In this document: positions 18,024-27,195 of the stretch, piece by piece
How positions within the stretch are numbered: the first letter of the stretch is position 1
How the letters are laid out: each line of letters opens with the position of its first letter
DNA from: a virus
Length of the DNA: 47,910 nucleotides
Virus genome (UHGV): UHGV-1380528
Strand: one strand, 5' to 3'
The notes under the pieces: generated by a model
What the model was told of the DNA's origin: nothing
Seen by the model: only the letters and a program-made list of their open reading frames with translations
The model's database searches: none
Translations under genes and position numbers: made by a program

Positions 18024-18302
18024 TTACTTAACCGCCTGTAAACGTTCAAGCTCACGCATCAGTGCAGATACCCGGCGTTGCCGCAAAGTCTCTGCATGCT
18101 CTTTTGCTTGTTGCTCATCAAGCCAGTATTCACCACGTTTAAAGTAAACATCGCCAACCACAGCCACCTGACCATCTGCGAATAGCTGTGCGCTTTCGTA
18201 CTTTTGAATGCCACGGGTCAGTGCGTACTTCGTGACCCATATAGTCTCGGCGCTTGCTGCGTTAGCGATAACCAGTAAAACCACTGCCATTAATTTATTC
18301 AT
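18024..18302 (-). CDS. secreted protein (92 aa, signal peptide)
   Basis: MNKLMAVVLLVIANAASA signal peptide. Confidence 0.45.
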   Translation of the reverse strand: MNKLMAVVLLVIANAASAETIWVTKYALTRGIQKYESAQLFADGQVAVVGDVYFKRGEYWLDEQQAKEHAETLRQRRVSALMRELERLQAVK

Positions 18303-18317
18303 CGTTGCTAAACCGGT

Positions 18318-18512
18318 TTAGTTTCCACCAGGTGACACAATGACCTGCTCGAGTGTTCTGTGCTTGCCTTCACCACTAAAAACGCGGCAGACGCGCTTAC
18401 CGTTGCTGTATGCATGCATTGCCTGAGCCATCATAAAGTTTTGTGCTTTCACTGCACCCATTTCTGGCTCCAGTTGGGTGCGCGTGTAGATTGCTTTGGT
18501 CATTTTCATCAC
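18318..18512 (-). CDS. hypothetical protein (64 aa), first gene of leftward early operon
   Basis: 38 nt downstream of minus-strand motif copy. Confidence 0.45.
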   Translation of the reverse strand: MMKMTKAIYTRTQLEPEMGAVKAQNFMMAQAMHAYSNGKRVCRVFSGEGKHRTLEQVIVSPGGN

Positions 18513-18549
18513 CTCTTTGTTGTTGGTGTGGTAACTATACGATGGCGCT

Positions 18550-18562
18550 CAATCTACGTCAA
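18550..18562 (-). promoter_or_regulatory. conserved promoter-like motif TTGACGTAGATTG (minus orientation)
   Basis: caatctacgtcaa on plus strand; only minus-oriented full copy; upstream of 18512 gene. Confidence 0.5.
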
Positions 18563-18599
18563 TATGATGGTGAAAATAAAATTTAGTTAGTAATCACTT

Positions 18600-19005
18600 A
18601 CAGTTATTATTTTTGTAAGTTGCTGATATTTATAGACCACGCTCAACCCATTCAACCCAAGATTTTTTTGTACTTAACCATAAATAATAATGTAAATTCA
18701 TTGACTTATGTAGTGTTCAACCATTTATTACTTATCCCTTGAGTATCATGGTTAGTGATAATGATTTTTGCATGAGATTTTTGTAGTGACGGTGGAGGGT
18801 GTGGAAAATGGGTTGAATTGGATAAATACTACTATCTATTAATAATAATAGTAGTAAATACATACACATAGTATGTAAAAACACTTATCCAAACACTTAC
18901 CCCGACTCATCCATTTCAACCCGAAAAGTTTAATTGATAATGGAATTGACCATCCTGCGCCTTTGTTTTATTATTTTATTATTAGGAAACGGAGGGGATT
19001 AACCA
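18600..19005. other. AT-rich intergenic control / candidate replication-origin region with TTCAACC(C/A) iterons
   Basis: Copies at about 18643, 18651, 18716, 18914 and inverted ggttgaat at about 18811; AT-rich tract with TACATA...TATGTA inverted repeat; divergent transcription point. Confidence 0.4.
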
Positions 19006-19226
19006 TGTACAGAAAGGGTAGTGCCATAGCGTTTGCCTTCAATTGCGTTGATGGCATTAAGGTGGGTGAGAAGAGAGAGGTTGATATGGACGAGTTGCGA
19101 TATCAATGTGTAAGTCTGGCAACGATGAGGGGCTCGCTTTATTCAATATCGCTATCAAGCATGTTTACGCTAAAAACCAAATTAAATGGTAACCGCTCAA
19201 AACTCATCATCGAAAGGATTGAGTGA
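19006..19226 (+). CDS. hypothetical protein (73 aa)
   Basis: GGAGGGG RBS 8 nt upstream of ATG 19006. Confidence 0.4.
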
Positions 19227-20713
19227 TGACGATAAAGACAATCTACGACCTTACCGCCGACATCAAAAAAGATGTCTGGTATGACATCACCAGACCTCCT
19301 GGACTTGCCGGTGAAATAGCTGATGATATTGCCGCTGGTGAAGTGCGAGAACAGCCAAGATTGCGCGCTGTGGCAGCACTGCATGAACTGGTCATTGCCA
19401 GCAAAGGTAAAATTAAAACTCCAAGCGGCATGAAAGGAAACTTGCTGACCATCTGTATTGCTGATTCTGCCGGTGGTAAAGACCGCTCTCAAAGTCACTT
19501 CAAGATGATCGCCAGAGATATCGACAAAGGTCAGCACGTTTTTGGCCGCATAGCATCATCAAAAGATATCGGGCGCACACTGATAAATCACGAAGGCGTG
19601 GCAACATTTATTATTGATGAATGCCATGGTCTTTTTGGAGTGATGTCACAAAAGAATGGCGCCACCTATATGGCGGAACTTGGCTCTGAAATTCTCTCAA
19701 TCTACTCAGACCGCCTGAAAAAATTCTCTGACCTTGATGCCATTAACGCGAAAGAGTTGCTGGAGAAGGAGTTAAAAAAACTGCGCGCAGAAGTTAAGGA
19801 TAAAGGCATCGTTGAGACCGAGTATCGTCGCCGTGAAATGCAACTCGAAAGAGAGATTTTGTGGCCTATCCAGAACGGGATAGAAGACCCTATATTTTCA
19901 ATGATGTGTTTCTCAACGCCTGAAAAACTGGCAAGCATCATCTGCTCTGAAAACATTGGCACCGGCCTTATTGGTCGTGCGATATTCATCAAAGGAAAAG
20001 ATGGCCGAGCAAGGAAAGCAAAAAAATTCGGTCACAAGACGCCGCCATCTCTTATCGAGAAGATGAAACAGATAGAGAAATCAGCACCAACCGTGGCTAG
20101 GTACGAAGATACAATGGTTGAGCAACTTGCCGAATCTCTTGATGATCGTTTTGAGGAGTTGCGGAATGATGTTGCGCTAGGGGCTGTAATATCACGTTCA
20201 TTTGAGCAAGTGGAAAAGGTTGCAACAGCTCTTTCAGCTGGCAATAAAGGAGTCATTACAGAAGCTATGCTGATGTGGGCTTATTGCTTTGTATGCGAAA
20301 GCCTTACTGACGTTATGAGCATGCTTAAAGTGAATGAAAGCCAGGAGGAACTCGGTACTATGGCACGCTGGAACGAGATAAAAAACAGAATTGAAAACGT
20401 GCTTTCTGGTCGCACCAGAGATGACTCAATGCCTCAGTCAAGCATTATTCAGCGAGTAGTTAAAACAAAGTCGCTAAAAGGGCTGGCGGAAGCTATTGCT
20501 CGTGCCAATGGAGAGGATTTTAATTTCGGCGCAAAAACACTTATCACGCCAGTAATTATGGCGCTAATGGAATCACGCGCCATTGATGCCGTCGGTTGCA
20601 GTTACTGGATTAACGACGCGAGCAAGTTTGAGTCGACAAAAATGAGCATTAAATTTTCTCAGATTGTTGAGGGTATCGGTATGAATATGGCTGCGCAGAG
20701 AGGTTGGAGATGA
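19223..20713 (+). CDS. putative replication initiation/ATPase-like protein (496 aa)
   Basis: Large first gene of rightward operon adjacent to iteron region; deviant P-loop-like ADSAGGKD and FIIDECHG (Walker-B-like). Confidence 0.35.
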   Translation: MMTIKTIYDLTADIKKDVWYDITRPPGLAGEIADDIAAGEVREQPRLRAVAALHELVIASKGKIKTPSGMKGNLLTICIADSAGGKDRSQSHFKMIARDIDKGQHVFGRIASSKDIGRTLINHEGVATFIIDECHGLFGVMSQKNGATYMAELGSEILSIYSDRLKKFSDLDAINAKELLEKELKKLRAEVKDKGIVETEYRRREMQLEREILWPIQNGIEDPIFSMMCFSTPEKLASIICSENIGTGLIGRAIFIKGKDGRARKAKKFGHKTPPSLIEKMKQIEKSAPTVARYEDTMVEQLAESLDDRFEELRNDVALGAVISRSFEQVEKVATALSAGNKGVITEAMLMWAYCFVCESLTDVMSMLKVNESQEELGTMARWNEIKNRIENVLSGRTRDDSMPQSSIIQRVVKTKSLKGLAEAIARANGEDFNFGAKTLITPVIMALMESRAIDAVGCSYWINDASKFESTKMSIKFSQIVEGIGMNMAAQRGWR

Positions 20714-20901
20714 TTACAATAAATGGAGATATAGTAAGATCAGAAGGCGCATATCATTTTAGGCCTTATGGTTGGAGTGCGTGGTTTTTCTGGAGCAAGA
20801 TGCACGGATGTTGGTTGATATCAAATTACCATGTTATTGATAAGTACTGGCATCGCCATCTTCATGGTAAAGTTGACATAAGCAAGTTAATGGTACGCTA
20901 A
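20704..20901 (+). CDS. hypothetical protein (65 aa)
   Basis: ORF overlapping upstream stop. Confidence 0.35.
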   Translation: MEMITINGDIVRSEGAYHFRPYGWSAWFFWSKMHGCWLISNYHVIDKYWHRHLHGKVDISKLMVR

Positions 20902-20902
20902 C

Positions 20903-20937
20903 AAAAACCCTCCATCAGGAGGGTTTGTTTTTTAGTG
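20903..20937. terminator. bidirectional rho-independent terminator
   Basis: accctccatcaggagggt hairpin flanked by A-run and T-run. Confidence 0.7.
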
Positions 20938-20938
20938 C

Positions 20939-21808
20939 CTAAAATAGTTCTTCTGGTTTATACAGCCTTTTTCTGATGGCGCCGCTGTAACGGATATCCT
21001 GCCCGTCATCGGTAATCAGTATCGGCAGACCTGCATTCTCGGCGGCGCATACTTCATCGAAATTATTATTAATGATGCAGCGTAGTTTGGCTCGTTGCTC
21101 ATCGCTAACATTGCGCACAACTTCCCACATGTTTTCAGGCGACCAGCAACACCAGACATGAGCTCCGGTAAGCCGATGCGCTCGCCATGCGTCAAAATAA
21201 TTGGCTACAAGGTATGCCCACTCTGTTTTTTCACCAATCGGTGTAACAGCGCCGCGCGTCAACCTTCCGCGAGTGTACTCATGGCTGAAACCAGCACGAA
21301 ATGACACGCTTTCATCATCTGCCAGAAAAGCCACATTGCATGGCGTCATGGTTCCAGCCATATAGAGTGGTATCGCCACCAGTTCACCAGTTTTGCCGGT
21401 TATAGTGTCGCCTCCTGCTTTTTCCATGATGGCCGTCACTTCTGCCTCTGTCAGGTAGTCAGAAGCATGGTTGACCTTCGGAAGTTGCTTTCTAATCGCC
21501 TCAAGTTTTTCGCGTGGGTGCATGTTCAGAAATCCGGCCAATGCCTCCATTGACTCTGGAAACGTCATTCCTGACAGCTTCATTAGCCAGGTGATTCCGC
21601 TGCCGTTTCCGCACTGGTTGCAGATGGCGCCGCCGTCACCTTTTGTTTCGAAGTTGTTGTCCCACCTAAACCTGTCCTTACCCATGCAGTGAGGGCAAGG
21701 CTGATGCTTCCCAGTAAAAACATTCCTATCAATATTCACTATTGAGAGTAGCGCGGCCTCCCAGTTTCCTAGCATTAAAGGCTCTATATCTTTCCAGTCG
21801 TATCGCAT
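20939..21808 (-). CDS. DNA primase (Cys4 zinc ribbon plus TOPRIM-like)
   Basis: CPHCMGKDRFRWD...CNQCG zinc-binding motif; ILITDDGQD acidic motif. Confidence 0.55.
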   Translation of the reverse strand: MRYDWKDIEPLMLGNWEAALLSIVNIDRNVFTGKHQPCPHCMGKDRFRWDNNFETKGDGGAICNQCGNGSGITWLMKLSGMTFPESMEALAGFLNMHPREKLEAIRKQLPKVNHASDYLTEAEVTAIMEKAGGDTITGKTGELVAIPLYMAGTMTPCNVAFLADDESVSFRAGFSHEYTRGRLTRGAVTPIGEKTEWAYLVANYFDAWRAHRLTGAHVWCCWSPENMWEVVRNVSDEQRAKLRCIINNNFDEVCAAENAGLPILITDDGQDIRYSGAIRKRLYKPEELF

Positions 21809-21827
21809 AATTTAACCTTGATTATTT

Positions 21828-21861
21828 CCGTAGATTCAGTCTACTATTGTGACGTAGATTG
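21828..21861 (+). promoter_or_regulatory. tandem cgTAGATT elements and TGACGTAGATTG motif in divergent promoter region
   Basis: cgtagatt 21829..21836 and tgacgtagattg 21850..21861 directly upstream of helicase gene. Confidence 0.45.
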
Positions 21862-23796
21862 AGCAACACAAAGGTGGATGAAGTGCAAAAAATTGATGCA
21901 ATGATTGCTGAGCTGGATATGGATAAGCTGCGGGCCAGCATCCATACCGGGGAAATTGAACCGCGCCCCTATCAGTGGCTGGTATATGAAAAGACAGCGG
22001 AGGTTATCCGCAAGTTTGGTAGAGAACCTAAACCAAGTTTTGTGACAGCATCAGTGGGTGCTGGTAAGACAATCATGATCGCTATGATTGCTCGTCGTTT
22101 TCAGGATATAGGATGGGAAGGTCTGGTTATTGCAAGACAGCCGGAAATTATTGAGCAGGATGCGGAAGAACTATGGAATTTGAGTGTAAAAAACTCACTT
22201 TTTAGTGCTGCTCTTGGTCGGAAGTCTACGGCATATCCGCTTATTGCTGGCACTGAGGGGACAATAATAAATGGCATTTTCGATAAGAAGGATGAGTCAG
22301 GTAATGTTATTTCTAAAGGTTCGCTTTCAGATTTTTGTCCTCGTTACATCCTTATTGATGAATGCCACCAGATGAAATGGGAGGACGTGGCAAGCGAAAG
22401 TCCTGAAACGCAATATGGCGTCATCATGACTGAACTTAACCGCAGGTGTAAGGATAAATACGGTCACGATGTCATTGTTATTGGATACACAGGTAGCCCA
22501 TTTCGTGGCACCGACTCGATTAAAGGTGTTTACTGGAAGCATGAAATAGTAAACATTGATACCAAATATCTCGTTGATATTGGATTTCTTGTTCCGACGA
22601 TTTTTGGTCTTCATGATATTGATGATCTGCATTACGACTTGTCAGCATTTGAGGCATCAGGAAGCGACGGAACACAGGACTTCACTACCGATCAGCTAAA
22701 GCAGATGCAAAAAGAAATCCTTGAGCAAGGCACTCTTACACAGAAAATTATGCTCAAAGTGATGGAGCTTACAAAAGACAGAAATGGGGTGTTAATTACC
22801 TGCGCAGGCAAGAAGCATTGTTTAGAAGCTGCCAAATATCTGCCAGAAGGCAGCTACGCGATTGTAACTGAAGACATGGGTATGAAGGCCAGACGCAAGG
22901 CATTGAAAGACGCATACACTGGCAAGATTAAGTATGTTTTCCAGATTGGTTGCTTGACTACCGGAGTTAATATCCCATTATGGGATGTAAGTGTGATATT
23001 GCGAAAAATAATGTCACTTACCCTTCTCGTCCAGCTTCTTGGTCGCGGGATGCGCTTGCTGAAGAAAGAGCAAATTGACGCCGGGTATCATAAAGAAAAC
23101 CACCTCGTGCTGGATTTTTCAGGAACAATGTTTGAGCTTGGCCAACTCTACGAAGACCCTATTCTTGAGGAAGCAGAAGCGCAGCGCGCCAAGCGTAGCG
23201 GAGAGCAGGTTCCATGCCCTAAATGCCAGACGATGAACAGCCCATATGCACGGCGCTGCATCGGTAAAGATGCAACATCGCCAGACGGACGATGCGAAGA
23301 GTTTTTCAGCTTCATTCGCTGTGGTTTCGACAAGCACGGCATCCGTATTTTTGATGATGGTTGCGGCACAAAGAACGACCCGACAGCTCGTTATTGCCGT
23401 CAATGCGATCACGTTTTGCGCGACCCTAATGCGGCGCTTAATGAGCGCGCTTATACGGATAATGAATGGACTGAAGTCAAGGATTTCAAGATTGAGCTAA
23501 CGAAAGATGAGAAGGGTGTTGTTTATCGTTACTTCATCACGAAAGAAAACGGCAAAGATGGCTGGGCCAGTGAGGTGTTCTATCCATTTGGCAGGCAGGA
23601 GAAGTACCTTAAAAATCAGTTTAAGATTAAAGGATTACTAAACCACGTATCAGACAGGAATATGATTGATAACCTCATGAATTGCCACAGCGCAAAAGCA
23701 TTCATGGCGTTCACTGGTCTTATCCGCGCACCTAAACGCATCACGCATCGTTTTAATGACAAAGGCCGCGACATAATCCACAGAAAGGAATTTTAA
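21859..23796 (+). CDS. SF2 DEAD/DEAH-box helicase with C-terminal zinc-ribbon repeats; true start probably GTG 21874/21883 or ATG 21901
   Basis: Walker A VGAGKT, DECHQ box, GYTGSPFR; C-terminal CPKCQ...RRC / CRQCDHV zinc ribbons. Confidence 0.7.
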   Translation: MSNTKVDEVQKIDAMIAELDMDKLRASIHTGEIEPRPYQWLVYEKTAEVIRKFGREPKPSFVTASVGAGKTIMIAMIARRFQDIGWEGLVIARQPEIIEQDAEELWNLSVKNSLFSAALGRKSTAYPLIAGTEGTIINGIFDKKDESGNVISKGSLSDFCPRYILIDECHQMKWEDVASESPETQYGVIMTELNRRCKDKYGHDVIVIGYTGSPFRGTDSIKGVYWKHEIVNIDTKYLVDIGFLVPTIFGLHDIDDLHYDLSAFEASGSDGTQDFTTDQLKQMQKEILEQGTLTQKIMLKVMELTKDRNGVLITCAGKKHCLEAAKYLPEGSYAIVTEDMGMKARRKALKDAYTGKIKYVFQIGCLTTGVNIPLWDVSVILRKIMSLTLLVQLLGRGMRLLKKEQIDAGYHKENHLVLDFSGTMFELGQLYEDPILEEAEAQRAKRSGEQVPCPKCQTMNSPYARRCIGKDATSPDGRCEEFFSFIRCGFDKHGIRIFDDGCGTKNDPTARYCRQCDHVLRDPNAALNERAYTDNEWTEVKDFKIELTKDEKGVVYRYFITKENGKDGWASEVFYPFGRQEKYLKNQFKIKGLLNHVSDRNMIDNLMNCHSAKAFMAFTGLIRAPKRITHRFNDKGRDIIHRKEF

Positions 23797-23806
23797 GGAG
23801 AGCAAA

Positions 23807-24223
23807 TTGAAGCAGCTTGATAGTGGAATATGGGTATTTGATAGCGGTTATCGCGGGGAGTGTCCAAGGGAGGAAACTGACCAGATGGCCTATGGCCTTT
23901 GGATGCAATACCGATTTCCTGATGTCCTGTGGTTTCATGTCCCTAATGAGACAGGCACAAAGAGTGGGCCGCAATTCGTGGAGAAGCGCCGAAAGATGGG
24001 CGTCAGGAGCGGTGTAAGCGACAACGTGATACTAACCAACGGCATTAATCATAAATGCGGCCTGATTGAACTGAAGAGGCGTGATAAGACAAAATCAAAA
24101 GTATCGCCATCGCAGATTGAGGTTCTTGAGTGTGCCATTGCAGAGGGTCATTTTGGCGCCATTGCTTATGGCCTTGAGGAGATAAAAAGAGCGACGTTAT
24201 TCTACTTTGGGCTTGATGAATGA
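23807..24223 (+). CDS. VRR-NUC domain nuclease
   Basis: GVRSGVSDNVIL ... GLIELKRRDK...SPSQIEVL...GAIAYG matches PD-(D/E)xK VRR-NUC pattern. Confidence 0.55.
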   Translation: MKQLDSGIWVFDSGYRGECPREETDQMAYGLWMQYRFPDVLWFHVPNETGTKSGPQFVEKRRKMGVRSGVSDNVILTNGINHKCGLIELKRRDKTKSKVSPSQIEVLECAIAEGHFGAIAYGLEEIKRATLFYFGLDE

Positions 24224-24228
24224 CGTTG

Positions 24229-24242
24229 TTTGATGTAGATTG
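24229..24242 (+). promoter_or_regulatory. motif variant TTTGATGTAGATTG
   Basis: 26 nt upstream of ATG 24268. Confidence 0.4.
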
Positions 24243-24267
24243 ATTTAACAATAAAAAGAGGTGATGG

Positions 24268-25206
24268 ATGAAAGTTTATTTAAACAACGAACTCAGCAAC
24301 GATCAGTACCACGCTGACACTGAGCACATCAACGGCTCTGGCCTGTGGAATCTGTATGACAGATGCCCCGCAGCGTGGCGTTACAAAGACGAAGAAGATG
24401 AGCAATCAAAGGCTCTGATATTTGGCACTGGTAGCCATACCGCACTGCTTGAGCCTGAGCGCTTCGAAGAAGTATATGCCAGAATGCCGACGAAAGATGA
24501 TTTTGGCGCAGAACTGCTTGTTACTGTGAGCGACATGAACTCATGGGCAAAAGAGCGTGGCATTAAGGGGCTTTTTGGCAAGACAAAGGCTGAGGTGATT
24601 AAAATCATCCGCTCAACTGGTGAGCCAGTTAGAATCTATGATGAAGAGCGCCTGTTTGCTGAACTCAATGCGAAAGGAAGAATTTTGCTGGAAGGCGATG
24701 ATTATGACGCCATCATGCAGATGCGCGCCGTAATCCATGCAAACAGCTATTACAGCAGCCTGCTTTCTGGTGCTTATTCCGAGGTGTCAATTCTCGGTGA
24801 GTTGCTTGGCGAGCCATCAAAAGTACGCTTTGACTGCCTTACTCGCGGTGGCGATATCATCGACTACAAAACAGCGGTTAGCGCAAAGCCTGATGAGTTT
24901 TTCCGCCATGCAGCGCGTCTCGGGTACTTTATGAAGATGGCGATGCAGCACGACATGTTTGTAGAGGCTTATGGGCATGCGCCTCGCTCGGTAAACCTTC
25001 TGGTGCAGGAGAAAAAATCTCCATTCATCCCTGCACTGATTCGCCTGACGGATGAACAGTTACGCATTGGTAGCATTCAGCTTCGCAGCGCGATGGAAAT
25101 CTATAAGGCATGCAAAAAAGCCAATTCATGGCCCGGTTACTCAATGGGTAATCCGGTCATCGAAATGGAAACGCCGGAATGGTTCAAAAAGCAATTTAAT
25201 CTGTAA
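24268..25206 (+). CDS. RecB-family PD-(D/E)xK exonuclease (phage recombination exonuclease)
   Basis: GGDIIDYKT motif; adjacent to Sak4-like and SSB genes. Confidence 0.55.
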   Translation: MKVYLNNELSNDQYHADTEHINGSGLWNLYDRCPAAWRYKDEEDEQSKALIFGTGSHTALLEPERFEEVYARMPTKDDFGAELLVTVSDMNSWAKERGIKGLFGKTKAEVIKIIRSTGEPVRIYDEERLFAELNAKGRILLEGDDYDAIMQMRAVIHANSYYSSLLSGAYSEVSILGELLGEPSKVRFDCLTRGGDIIDYKTAVSAKPDEFFRHAARLGYFMKMAMQHDMFVEAYGHAPRSVNLLVQEKKSPFIPALIRLTDEQLRIGSIQLRSAMEIYKACKKANSWPGYSMGNPVIEMETPEWFKKQFNL

Positions 25207-25226
25207 TTTATAGTAAATGAGGTGAA

Positions 25227-26267
25227 GTGATGGGTATTTTAAACATTAAGCCAGCAGAACGTTCTGGTTCGCGCGTAGTGATTGGCATTTCAGGTCAGTC
25301 TGGTAGCGGTAAGACACTTACGGCACTAAAGATGGCGCGAGGTATGGTTAATAAACCAGAAGAAATTGGATTTCTTGACTCTGAAAATGGTCGCGGCAGG
25401 CTTTATTCTGGAGAGCTTGACGGTCCATTTATGCACGCTGATTTGTATGCGCCATTTAGTCCAGCTCGTTACCGCCAGGCTATCGAGGAATTTCAGGAGG
25501 CAGGCGTTAAGGTTCTGGTTATTGATTCAGGATCGCACGAATGGGAAGGTGAAGGAGGATGCAATGATATTGCAGAGCAACCACTATTGCAGGGTAAGGC
25601 AATGGCAGACTGGAAGCGAGCCAAATCTGAACATAAAAAATTCATGAGCGCTCTTTTGCAGAGCAATATGCATATCATTGTATGTTTACGCGCCAGAGAG
25701 AAAACGAGCTTTAAAAACCCCAAGAAACCTGAATCCCTCGGATTGCATGCTGTATGCGAAAAAGATTTTATGTTTGAAATGACAGTAAGCATGATGATGT
25801 ATGATAATGGAAAAATTCAGGAATTTACCAAGCTACCAGAAGAGTTGCGCCCAATTTTCTTTGATTCAGGCCGTGATAGTGTACACGAAGGATATTTAGG
25901 CGAGGCTCATGGGCGAGGTTTAATTAAATGGGTGAATTCAGGTGTCAAGGTCGACGAAGAGTTTGAGCACTGGCGATCTAAACTTCAAATGACGGCGTCG
26001 AAAGGCGTTGCTGCGTTAACTGCCGAGGCAGTTAACTTGCCTGATTCAGTGAAAGCAAAAATTCGTGCAATCTGGCCTACATTGAAGGCATCAGCAGAAG
26101 AGTATGAGCGCATTGAATCATTCATTAATGATGAATCGCCAGCAGCGGTAACTATCACACCGCAGGACGATTTTAACCCGGCCAAACTCCAGAAAACAGA
26201 TGCGCCAGCGTCATCTGCAAACGAAGAGAAGCCATCAACATCTCAACAGAACATCGAAAACTTTTAA
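25227..26267 (+). CDS. AAA_24 / Sak4-like recombination ATPase
   Basis: VVIGISGQSGSGKT Walker A; LVIDSGSHEW Walker B-like; phage recombination module context. Confidence 0.6.
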   Translation: MMGILNIKPAERSGSRVVIGISGQSGSGKTLTALKMARGMVNKPEEIGFLDSENGRGRLYSGELDGPFMHADLYAPFSPARYRQAIEEFQEAGVKVLVIDSGSHEWEGEGGCNDIAEQPLLQGKAMADWKRAKSEHKKFMSALLQSNMHIIVCLRAREKTSFKNPKKPESLGLHAVCEKDFMFEMTVSMMMYDNGKIQEFTKLPEELRPIFFDSGRDSVHEGYLGEAHGRGLIKWVNSGVKVDEEFEHWRSKLQMTASKGVAALTAEAVNLPDSVKAKIRAIWPTLKASAEEYERIESFINDESPAAVTITPQDDFNPAKLQKTDAPASSANEEKPSTSQQNIENF

Positions 26268-26276
26268 GGGTAAATT

Positions 26277-26780
26277 ATGGCATCTCGCGGAATCAACAAG
26301 GTAATTATTCTTGGCACTCTAGGCCAAGACCCGGAAGTTAAATATATGCCATCTGGCGGCGCTGTGTGCAATCTTTCTCTGGCAACATCAGAACAGTGGA
26401 ATGACAAGGCCACAGGTGAAAAGAAAGAGAAAACTGAATGGCATCGCGTTGTTATCTTCGGAAAGCTGGCAGAGGTGGCTGGCGAATACCTGCGCAAAGG
26501 CTCTCAGGTATACATAGAGGGTAAATTACGCACTCAAAAATGGACAGATCAAAGCGGTGCTGAAAAATACACTACTGAAATTGTCTTGCAGCCGATGAAC
26601 GGCGTTATGCAAATGATTGGTGGTAAATCAAGTGATAATGGAAACCAACAATCACAGCAGCGACAACAATCAGGAAGCAATCAGCAGTCAGGATGGGGTA
26701 AACCTCAGCAACCATCAAGCACACCAAAACCACTGGCAAACGAGCCGCCGATGGATTTTGATGATGATATTCCGTTTTGA
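26277..26780 (+). CDS. ssb: single-stranded DNA-binding protein
   Basis: OB-fold N-terminal region, Gly/Gln-rich linker and C-terminal acidic DDDIPF tail. Confidence 0.85.
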   Translation: MASRGINKVIILGTLGQDPEVKYMPSGGAVCNLSLATSEQWNDKATGEKKEKTEWHRVVIFGKLAEVAGEYLRKGSQVYIEGKLRTQKWTDQSGAEKYTTEIVLQPMNGVMQMIGGKSSDNGNQQSQQRQQSGSNQQSGWGKPQQPSSTPKPLANEPPMDFDDDIPF

Positions 26781-26810
26781 TGAAAAACGCTTCAGTATAG
26801 GGGTATAAAG

Positions 26811-27095
26811 ATGAGTATTGAAGACCAAATAGGAAAAAGTTTAGCTTCAGAGGATGGCGGTGGTTTCGGATTCGTATGCATCTGGCGAGAAAAAGGAGAT
26901 CCGCTTGACGATGGATCAGAACGCGACAGGCATTGCTCTGTTGGTGAATTTCTATCAAGACCTGAAAACCAGAAAGGGAAGTGGCTAATTGATGGTGGGT
27001 GGGGAGGCCCTCCTGGTCCCATACACGTGAGATGGAACGAAAATGAACGCAAGTGGGAAAATGGAGGGTTTTGCGGCAGAGGATTTCAGGAGTAA
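26811..27095 (+). CDS. hypothetical Gly/Trp-rich protein (94 aa)
   Basis: ORF followed by terminator. Confidence 0.4.
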   Translation: MSIEDQIGKSLASEDGGGFGFVCIWREKGDPLDDGSERDRHCSVGEFLSRPENQKGKWLIDGGWGGPPGPIHVRWNENERKWENGGFCGRGFQE

Positions 27096-27104
27096 TTAAA
27101 ATGA

Positions 27105-27131
27105 TAAAAGGGCCGAATGGCCCTTTTTTAA
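27105..27131. terminator. bidirectional rho-independent terminator
   Basis: gggccgaatggccc hairpin flanked by AAAA and TTTTTT. Confidence 0.7.
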
Positions 27132-27195
27132 TATTTTAACCATCATTTATTTCATCATTGAATCTGCCATCCCTGGCCGTTATCCTGTTCCGTCT

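Noticed and set aside
23119-23500. Antisense and alternative-frame ORFs within the helicase gene
   Set aside because: Inside a gene with clear SF2 helicase motifs; spurious
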